The notes under the pieces were generated by a model, which was not told the DNA's origin, made no database searches, and worked only from the letters and a program-made list of their open reading frames with translations. Both the position numbers and the translations under genes were made by a program. From Zygnema circumcarinatum SAG 698-1b (Eukaryota > Plantae > Zygnematophyceae), in NCBI GenBank assembly GCA_037447605.1, contig CM074805.1, positions 3,071,361 through 3,135,360 of the forward strand: a stretch of DNA of 64,000 bases, read 5' to 3'. Positions within the stretch are counted from its first letter, which is position 1. The number at the start of each line of letters is the position of its first letter. Positions 30,101-38,859 of this stretch are shown here, piece by piece.

Positions 30101-31424
30101 ACTGAACGATGCCGTGTGCTGGTCAGTGGGGACAATCCCGGGGACTATTTCCAGCCTGTCAAAGAACTAGGCAACTCTTGATGCTAATCTCAGTCTTGCA
30201 TTATGCAGCATTGTGTTTCGGGGTTCATGGCTTCTGTGCCACTTGATCCAAGCTCGCTGAAGAGGGTTTTGCAGATTCATTTGGTGGACGGCACGCGGCC
30301 GCAGCCAGAACACGATTTTGAAGCCATTTGCAACGAGTTGGAGCTTTTCAATCCGGGACTGGCCTCCAAACCCCAAGTGGTGGTTTACAATAAAATGGAC
30401 GTTCCAGAAGCTTCCATTGAATGGCCCGCCTTCGAGGCCACCATGGCTCAACGAGGGATTAAGGTGATGCCACTTAGTGCAGCCACTGGAGAAGGCTCGT
30501 TGGCAGTGCTCCGTGCAGCGCGAGATCTGTTAAAATCTCTCCCTTCAGGTGAGATTTTGGCATTGATGGCATATGTTCATGTCACTGAGTTCATGTATCG
30601 ACGATGCAGCGTCCATCATTGGTGAGGTTTGGGGACATGGGTGTGATAAGCCTATGTATGGCTCGTTGAATAGGTGTACCAGACAAACTTGATTTGATGA
30701 GGATGACATTCGGGATAAGTCTAATTCTGCTTTGCGTGCTCGATGTACAATGCAGAAGACATAATGGATGTCATGGAAGATCGAGTGCCGGTAGGAGAGC
30801 AACTCCGAGCGCAGCGAAGGGCAGCGCTTGAGAACTTTAGTATTGTTGTGGACCGCCATCAGCGTACATTTGAGGTCGATGGCGAGGGCATGCGCAATTT
30901 TGTGCAAATGACGAACTGGGAGTAAATATACTTGCCATTTCACCCTTTTTACTGCCTCTTCCTTTTACAAATCCATTCATTGGAGTCACATTGCTCGCTG
31001 CGCAGTGTCAGCAAAAGCTTCACTTAATGTCAAGTTTGAGTTGCTGAGGTAGAGCGTTATGATTTTTGAAAACTTGCAGGTATTATGAGGCGGTCAAGCG
31101 TTTTCAGCACGTTCTAGAGGCAAGCGGTGTGAATCGTGCGCTGAAGGAGGAGGGTGTGCGAGATGGTGACAGTGTTGTCATTGGCAAGGTATGACTTGTG
31201 TCCCGCGGATTTTATATTTGATTTTCGGTGATAAATTTGCCGTTGTCTTAAGCTGCCAAGAAGGGCCATTTCCGTTGCCTTGGATTGGTGGAACTCCGGG
31301 CTCGGCCTTACTGAGAAACTCTTTTGTTTTTCAGATGCAATTTGACTGGCGGGGAGATAAAGACATTGAAAGTCTTGGTGAGTGGAAGCGCGGCAACCGC
31401 GGCTCTAAAGTGTGGCCTCACTGA
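27155..31424 (+). CDS. OBGC: Plastid Obg/CgtA family GTPase (ObgC/CPSAR1-like), multi-exon
   Basis: [37 protein letters not shown] (Obg fold); G1 GVPNAGKST; G2 YPFTTLVPN; G3 DVPG; G4 NKMD; G5 SA; C-terminal OCT domain VQMTNWE|[17 protein letters not shown]...[11 protein letters not shown]; stop at 31422-31424. Confidence 0.95.
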
Positions 31425-31974
31425 CCTTGATTTTTTTCGGAGAGGCGGAGCCACTGTACTAGACCGCATGGGTGAAGTCCTGCTTCATGGCGCCGTTCTA
31501 TGAGGCCTTGTGGTTTTTTTCCGTGTATTTGTGAACTTTTTTTGAGAAGGTCCCTAAACAGGCAGGCTGGCATCTCTCGACAGCGCTTCATTTGTGTGTT
31601 CAAGAGGCGTTTTTTTTGTGTTGGAGTCAATGTAGCACTAAGGATGATTTGCTTTGGATTGGGATTCGATAGGAGGGCTTTCATGCTCAACTTGCCATTT
31701 TCAATTATTATTCTTGCGGTGCCCCTTTTTCGGTTGGTGCGATAAACTGTGCTTGCTGCTTGTATTCTTTTCTCTACAACCTCTATTGGCCAACAGGTCT
31801 CTGGAGACTTGCGAGTTCATCTTCCCTTTTCTTAGCAAGAAAAAGACATCGAAGTGAGGAAAGAAGCAGTCAGAAGAATCAGAAACAAAAAACAGACGTC
31901 AGAAATAGAAACTAAAAGCGAGAAAATCAGATACCAACCTTCGGACAGGTTCATACCATTCCAAAAGAAGAAAT

Positions 31975-32070
31975 GGAAGTGGCATCGATCTCACGATGGC
32001 GAAGCCATCAAATGTACATGGACAAAATCAGCACGGGGAACCACGAGGAAGTGGTCTCAAAAGACAAAAA
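31975..32070 (+). repeat. Dispersed repeat family R, copy B
   Basis: GGAAGTGGCATCGATCTCACGATGGCGAAGCCATCAAATGTACATGGACAAAATCAGCACGGGGAACCACGAGG. Confidence 0.85.
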
Positions 32071-32147
32071 GAAAAAAAGCCAAAGAAGGCTTTCAGCACA
32101 CAACATTCGATACATGTAGACTGTCAACTGGAACGTAACTGAGCCAC

Positions 32148-32270
32148 CTCCCTCCCCTCCCTCCCTTCCCTCCCTCCCCTCCCTCCCCTCCCNNNNNNNN
32201 NNCACCCTCCCTCCCTTCCCTCCCTCCCCTCCCTCCATCCATCCCACCCTCCCTCCCTCTCCCTCCCTCC
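32148..32270. repeat. CCT-rich low-complexity tract spanning an assembly gap (10 N at 32193-32202)
   Basis: (CCCT)n on both sides of the N run. Confidence 0.9.
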
Positions 32271-32636
32271 AGGCTGAGAGACTCAGTCAGCGTCTCCGAG
32301 GTCCTGGAGGAGCGCTCTCTTCTGGAGGGCCTCCATTCTCTGCGGCGCCTCTGTGCCCTCCACGGCCTCCCGGCCCCCAAATGTAATAAAAAGGCCAAAA
32401 AACTAAAAAATAAAAGCGGTCCGGAGAAGCGCGAAGCGGCGCAGCTCCTCGCGAGGAGACATCGGACGGATGAAGCGAAGGCAGGAATGGACGGCTCAGA
32501 TTCTGCCACCTGTCATCCTGAGGCTGTGCGTCCTACGATTCATGAGCTGTAGAGTTTCCGGTCGATCAGAGTGTACAGGAAGGTGCGGCCGTGTCACGGA
32601 ACAGAGGGTATGAAGGGTTGCATGTGTAGATTCACT

Positions 32637-32640
<4 letters not shown>

Positions 32641-32720
<80 letters not shown>
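32641..32720. repeat. (TC)n microsatellite
   Basis: About 40 uninterrupted TC units. Confidence 0.95.
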
Positions 32721-32724
<4 letters not shown>

Positions 32725-34169
32725 TCCCTCTCCCCTCCCTCTCCCTCTCCCTCGCCCTCTCCTCGTTTTTCTCGTTTGAACTGTAGAACCTTAACTAGTG
32801 AATTTCGACAATTGCGTATAGATTTTTTTTGGTCGCTTTTGCACACCCACATTCTCGTCGGGATTCATTTCATGCCCACAGTTTTGTCGCAGTCCAGTTC
32901 AGAAGGAGGTTGCGGTAGAACGTAACGGAAGCATAGAGGCAGTCATAGGACCAGAGCCTCGCGAGCTCTTTACCGTTCGGAAGAATAACGCGAGTTCTAA
33001 GCTGTTGCACAGTACGCATCCTTTTGAAATTTGAATTTGGGCTTTGGTGACGAATACGATTAATGGTTAGAACAAGGGCGAAATGTTCGGGGTCCAAAGT
33101 TTCAATAATTATGGTGAAGGTTAATAATTATGGTTAAGGTTATGGATTAGGGATCAAAACGCAACTTTAGACTTTAGGGCTTGAGATTGGGTTAAGGCTA
33201 ACTAATAAGGGTTTGGTATATAAGGTATATGCGTAGGGTTAAGGGTTTAAGAGGGTTCGTGAGACGAGAGTTCCGGTTTTTCGTTCGTACCCTTTTGCGG
33301 TGGCCCCGCCACGGAGCAACGGAACGGACGGGAATGGAACGGTGCCACCCCCAAGCGCCACATGTAACGGAACGGCAGCGGCGAGGGCGAGGACTCGTGT
33401 CGCGGTGTTGTGCCTGAAACGAGCGATATATCGAACGTATCGCTCGCGCTGTGCGGTACGCCAATGGGGCGCCGTGGCTTTTCGTTCCTCGCACGTGCGG
33501 AATCCAACCGTCGACGCAGCTCGCCTTGGCGCTGCGGTGCTGCGTGTGACATGACAGGGCGTGACGCGCAACACCCCATCCTCGCCGTGTTGCACTTTCT
33601 CATTCGTCTTTCTCTTACTCCTTCAGTATGTGATGAATGAAAGTTAGTTTCACTAGAATGGAGTGCCAGCCAACTCTACCCAACCCATAAAAAAAAAATT
33701 ATGGAAAAATGGAAAGAAAAAGAAAAGAAGGAGAGAGGTAGACACCCCTCTCTCTACCTCTCCCCCTCCCCCGCACCTCCTCCTTCTGCTCACTCTCTCA
33801 CTCTCCGTGCAGTCTGCACTCAATTTAGGAGAGACATCCGAAGTTGCTCTTCAAGAGACCAGATTCGCACCTTCGACACGCTAGTGCCACAACACATGTT
33901 GAATCGTATGAAGAAAATGCGGAACATATCAATTACGTGAAAACCAGCCCGTCGGAAAAACCCACCGTACAAGTTAAACCTGCCGCCCCTAGAGCAAAAT
34001 ATGGGCAATCCTTCATCCCTATTGGATTCAGACACCCTCCAAACCCTCACCACTACCTCCAGACGTTCGTATCACCCAACACCCCTACCTATTCAGGAAC
34101 AGCAGAACGGCACTTATTTCTCTCAAACATCTGCTGCCCATGCCCTCTCCTTAGACCAAAACAGAGTTC

Positions 34170-35355
34170 TTAGTTCGCAATGGTCACGGCAGCACCCGCA
34201 GCGGTGTACTGGGTGGGCAGCTTGTCGAAGCCGAAACTGGGGCCGAGGTTCTGCACGGAGGCGCCCATAGTGTACGTCACCCACGCCTTGACGATCCTGG
34301 AGGTGGCGGCGTTGCCGTACGACTTGCGGGCGAACTGGAACACAATGGAGGCGATGGGGTAGGTGTTGGGTCCAGCCTTGTTCAGGATGTTGATGCCGCT
34401 GAAGTAGTTGCTGGAGAGGTTGGGAACGGGGTTGGGCAGAAGGGCGGCAAGGTCGGCTCCTTTGGCGGCGAAGATGTAGTTGCCGGCGGGGTTCAGAATG
34501 GCGGCCTGGGGAACGCCGTCAGTCACGCAGAGGCCGGTCTGGACGTATCCGATGGCGTTGGCGTTGCCCTTGATGAGGGCGAGCACGCCGTCGGACTTGG
34601 CCCCATACTGAATGAGCTTGGAGACGGAGGAGAGGGTGTTCCACGAGGCGGTGGTGGTCGCCGGCCATGCAGCGACCTTGGACTTGATCCAGGACCCCAC
34701 GACCTCGGTGGTGCCCGACTTGTCGGAGCGCGCTACGGGCACCACGGTGCCGCCGGCGCCGGCGAGGAAGTTGCTCCACGGGAGGGGCGAGTCAGAGGAG
34801 TAGATGTTGTAGACCTGCGAGCCGGTGAGCTTGAGCGCGGCGGATTTCTTGGTGCAGAAGGAGTACGTCGCCACGGTGAAGGGGATGGTGTACTTGTTGG
34901 CGCCACCAGCGTCGCCGTCCTGGGTGGTCGTGAGGGCGGCGTCGGAGAAGGCCACCTGGTAGGTCTTAAGGATGAAGTTGGCGATGCCCGTGCCGGAGCC
35001 GACATTGGCGTAGGTGCCGTAGTCAGGCTTGGCGGATCCCGCGGAGAGGATGGCCTGGGCCACATACTGCGCAGCATGGCGATAGCGGGGGTTGGGGGGG
35101 AGGGTTTAATTACGGTTCTCATCATTTGGAGGTTTGAATTAGAGAAAGAGAGGCAGCAGCAGCAGCAGCAGTAGCAGCAGCAGCAGTAGCAGCAGCAGCA
35201 GCAAGCAAGCGAGCAGAGGAAGGAGGGGTGACGGTTCAGAGTGGTACGTCCTGCACGGAGGTGGCCCCGCCGATCGCAATGGCGGCCTCGGCGGAGGAGG
35301 CGGCGGAGAGGAGGAGGACGACGGCGGCGGCGGCGAGGAGGCGGAGGGCGGCCAT
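34170..35355 (-). CDS. Secreted PstS-like (periplasmic-binding-protein fold) phosphate-binding protein, 334 aa, 2 exons (35355-35248, 35066-34170)
   Basis: Signal peptide MAALRLLAAAAVVLLLSAASSAEA, then AIAIGGATSVQD|YVAQ. PstS motifs in order: GGAT, VGSGTG, AFSDA, ARSDKSGTT, SDGV...NAIGYV, TYPIAS, GFDKLP. Phase-0 GT-AG intron at 35247-35067 containing a (CTG)n tract. Confidence 0.88.
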
Positions 35356-35998
35356 GGCTACGGCGGGCGGCGAGGGTGAGGGGACGGGCGGTAAGCAGAG
35401 GGCACTTGACTTTCGGCGCCCGCGCAGCCGCTTTGTAGCTCGCGGTGGGGCCCGCCCGCGCCACGTGGCGGCATCTCCGTGAGGGAGATTCCGAAGGATC
35501 AACAATGTCGGTGGACGCGTCGGTTTGTCGTGACACGTGGCGGTTCGGCGCTCGCCGACTGTCTTTGTTCCTGGTTTTGTCTTGAATGTAGATAGTTTAC
35601 GCCAACGAGAAGACGCCACATAGCCCTCCTCCACTCGGCGCCTCCTGAGGCAATCCGCTGTCCTATCCAACGGCTCGATTCGCGGCACGTCGGATCGTGT
35701 TCCCGTCAAAGTCGCGAAAGGCGACGAAAAGCGGATTGTAAAGCGACCGGGTGACGTGACGCGAGGCGGCACAAACACTCTGCGTGGCGTTCTATGTGTA
35801 AGCTGGCGCCGTTCAGTGCAGTGCAAGTCGGGGCTCGTGGCTAGGCGTTCCGTACAGACGGCGCGTCTCGACGCATTCCGTACGGACGGCTTGTCGCGCC
35901 GCGAAGAGTCTCTCCATCGGATCTGCTTCGTCGCGTGGCCCACACAGGTGGTACATGTTGTACAATCCGTATATGTTGTACAGTGGATACATGCTGTG

Positions 35999-36517
35999 CA
36001 GTCAACAGTCCTCATATTTTCCACCCTGTACAGTGCGTCCCCAAGGAATTCGCCCCGATTTTGCCGAAACCACCTTTTTGTACGGTAACTCTGTGTTAGC
36101 CGTAGTACCCGTACTATTCGTACCCCTAAAACCCTAAAACCCTAGAAATCCTAGAAACCGTACTAGCCGTACTAGCCGTATTAGCCGTACTTGCTGTACT
36201 AGCCGTTACGGGCTTCAGCAAAACTCACCGAATCTTCCCGCACTTGCCGCCGTAAGAGGCGCTCGCTCGTCTTTCTTCCTTCTTGGCTCCGATACGACAC
36301 GATACTGAACGATACGGTATGATACGGTACGATACGGTACGATACGGTGCGATATGGTACGGTACGATACGTACGGTCCAACATGAACACTAACATGAAC
36401 TCTAACAATACCGCCCGTCTATTGGTAACACGAACCATCTATTTGCAAAAATCAATATTTTCGCCTCATATTTGCCAAAACCACATACCATGGCGAAAAT
36501 ATGAGGACTGTTGACTG
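35999..36517. mobile_element. Tc1/mariner-like MITE (519 bp)
   Basis: Perfect 23-bp TIR CAGTCAACAGTCCTCATATTTTC ... GAAAATATGAGGACTGTTGACTG. Flanks are TG (left, presumably a mutated TA) and TA (right). Interior has CCGTAC, GATAC and AAAACCCT repeats. Confidence 0.82.
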
Positions 36518-36639
36518 TACAGAGTCGGGGGCAATGATGGACTGCGGCGGCCCATCCGTGGCGATTGGCTGTCCCAGGTCTGTCGCGACTCGCGACGCCC
36601 ATTGCATCCGTAGACGGATACGTGGTGACGTGGCACCAA

Positions 36640-36903
36640 TCGATGGGACCCCAAATTGTCTCTTGTGCTATCCGTCGTGTTGGTGGACTTCCGCCGCTCC
36701 CTCCTCGCGACGTGCCTCACACCGGTGGGTGACCTTCGCGGCTGCTTCTAGGGCTGCGTTGTTGTGCCTAGGCGTAGTTTTCCGCTCCTAGCTTTGTTTT
36801 ATTGTGTTTCGGTCCTTTGTGACCAGTCCTTCGTGGTTCCACATTTTGCCTTTGTCCATGTACATTTGATGGCCTCGCCATCGCGAGTTCAATGAAAGTT
36901 TCC
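36640..36903 (-). repeat. Dispersed repeat family R, copy C
   Basis: The reverse complement reads ...CATTGAACTCGCGATGGCGAGGCCATCAAATGTACATGGAC...GGAACCACGAAG...CTACGCCTAGGCACAACAACG...GCAGCCGCGAAGGTCACC. Confidence 0.82.
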
Positions 36904-37016
36904 ACCCTCTCGTCGCTCTGAAATTTTGAAAGTGCCACGTGGATGTCACGTCACGCGGCACTTTCTAGTTTTCGAAGAGTGCGGTTCCTTGTTTCACGAA
37001 GTGTCGCGAGAGAGAA

Positions 37017-37260
37017 AATGCATTGGCCTCACGATGGCGATGCTGCCATTAAATGTGCATGGACAACATCATCATAGGGAAGAACCACGAGGAAAAACTG
37101 GGCGCTAGGGACCTAAGCACAAAAGATAAAAGCTTGGTGTGGAAAACTATGATTAAGCAGCCGCAAAGGTCACCGATGTGAGGCAACATCGGGAGGAGGG
37201 AGCCAATAAGAGCGGAGAAGCGAGGATGACAACGCTGAAGGGCGACGGATATACACATGT
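37017..37260 (+). repeat. Dispersed repeat family R, copy D (head-to-head with copy C)
   Basis: GCATTGGCCTCACGATGGCGATGCTGCCATTAAATGTGCATGGAC...GAACCACGAGG...GCAGCCGCAAAGGTCACCGATGTGAGGCA. Confidence 0.8.
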
Positions 37261-38409
37261 GATCGTATCTACACTGCAAGTCAATGGCGCGCTCCCCGAG
37301 TATACCTTTCATCGCTATTCAATTTTGCAACCCTTCACCATAACCGCTCGCTAAACTATGTACAATGTTAGAAGTCACTGACCGCTGTACACGTTTCCGT
37401 CTCCTTTTTTACCCTTCAATCCCTTCCCCCCCCTCCCGCTGTCTCTCTCCTCCTAACTCTCCTCCCCTTCTCTCTCTGTCTCTCGCCTCTGGTAACGTGG
37501 TCTCTCCTCTCTCTGCCCTCTTCCCCCTTCGACCTCTCCCACTCTCCCCTCTGTCACTTTCGTTCTCACTGAACACCTCTCTCTCTCTCTCTCTGCCCTC
37601 TCTTACCCTGCAATCTCTCCCACTCCCCCCTCTACCTCTCTTGTCCTCACTCTCCCCACCTTTCTCTTTCTCTGTCTCTCTGAGGCAATAGAGAGCGAGA
37701 GAGAGAGAGAGAGAAGCTGAGAGAGACAGAATAATTATTTTTCAGGGCTCCTGCTACCCCTCCTTCATGAAACAAATCCCTCTGAAAATGAACTAAGGAG
37801 CTAAAAAGAAACAATGGAATGAACTACTATTGGCTATTGAAGTGAAAGGCGGAAGAGGGAGAGGAAGGAGGGAGGGAGAGAGAGAGGGAGGAGGGACGGT
37901 GGGTTCAGTCACGAAGGAGAATCCGGCGTTCTATGTTTAAGAAAAAAAAAAAAAATTGTTATCGTGTTCAGTTTCAAAAACAGCGAGGAAAAACGCTTAA
38001 TCTGCTCGAAGGGAGGAGGAAAAAAAAAAAAAAAGAGGTAAGGCAAAAAAAGGTTTTCTTCATGATCGACGCACAGTGGCCTCCAAAACAGCATCGAGCA
38101 CATCCATGAATAATTTGTGCACAAAATCAGAAGCGAGATGGAAGCATTGTCGTACATTAAAAATATATATATATCCCTGCGTCACATGCTATGTTTCATT
38201 CGAACGACCGCTATGCAGGCCAACAAGTCTATGTTTAAGAAGCGTCCCTGCTTGAGTGCGTGCATGCGTGCGTGCGTGCTGGAAATCGTCCGGTTCCGCA
38301 CTCAGATCGACGAGAGCCCGCTCCGCCCATATCCAGCTCCTCCGCACTGCTCTCTCCTTGCCTGCTTGCCTGCTTGCCTGCCTACCTTGCCTCTCTCGGT
38401 CCAAACTTC

Positions 38410-38859
38410 CACAGATCGGACCATTAGACAAACCAGTCGACTGGTTGGAAACCAGTGGTTGCGGACCGAAACAACCATTCGACTGGTTGCCAACCAGTGC
38501 CGCCGGATCGAAACAACCATTCGACTGGTTGCCAACCAGTGGCATCCACTGGTTCCAAACCAGTCGACTGGTTGCCAACCAGTGGTTGCGGACCGAAACA
38601 ACCATTCGACTGGTTGCCAACCAGTGCCGCCGGATCGAAACAACCATTCGACTGGTTGCCAACCAGTGGCATCCACTGGTTCCAAACCAGTCGACTGGTT
38701 GCCAACCAGTGGTTGCGGACCGAAACAACCATTCGACTTGTTGCCAACCAGTGGATGCCACTGGTTGGCAACCAGTCGACTGGTTGCCAACCAGTAGACG
38801 TCCAACCATTGCCATCCAATGGTTGTCCGATGGTTGCCGATCCACTGGTCCGAACTGTG
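38410..38859. mobile_element. Non-autonomous DNA transposon/MITE, family 'CACAG' copy 2 (450 bp, opposite orientation to copy 1)
   Basis: TIR CACAGATCGGACCA ... TGGTCCGAACTGTG. 8-bp TSD CAAACTTC at 38402-38409 and 38860-38867. The interior is a 127-bp higher-order repeat (GCGGACC at 38461, 38588, 38715) built from ACTGGTTGCCAACCAGT palindromes. Confidence 0.92.

Noticed and set aside
34170-35355. Bacterial contamination as the source of the PstS-like gene
   Set aside because: It has a spliceosomal intron and a eukaryote-style signal peptide with no operon. Its flanks carry repeat families shared with the rest of the window, and the sequence is contiguous with PP2AA on the right.
31975-36903. 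Pack-MULE-like capture of the PstS-like gene between inverted R copies (likewise PDC between copies F and G)
   Set aside because: The paired copies are from different subfamilies and no TSD is visible.
37247-37254. P1BS motif GGATATAC upstream of the PstS-like gene
   Set aside because: It is a single degenerate 8-mer 1.9 kb away inside a repeat copy, which is expected by chance. I saw no P1BS in the proximal promoter.
32135-37903. Weak inverted similarity CGTAACTGAGCCACCTCCCTCC / GGAGGGACGGTGGGTTCAGTCACG as TIRs of a large element
   Set aside because: The match is short, gapped and partly low-complexity, with no TSD.
38410-38859. CRISPR-like repeat-spacer appearance (also 9730-10408)
   Set aside because: The linkers are short and recur periodically rather than being unique spacers. 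The array is bounded by TIRs and TSDs, no cas genes are present, and the context is eukaryotic.
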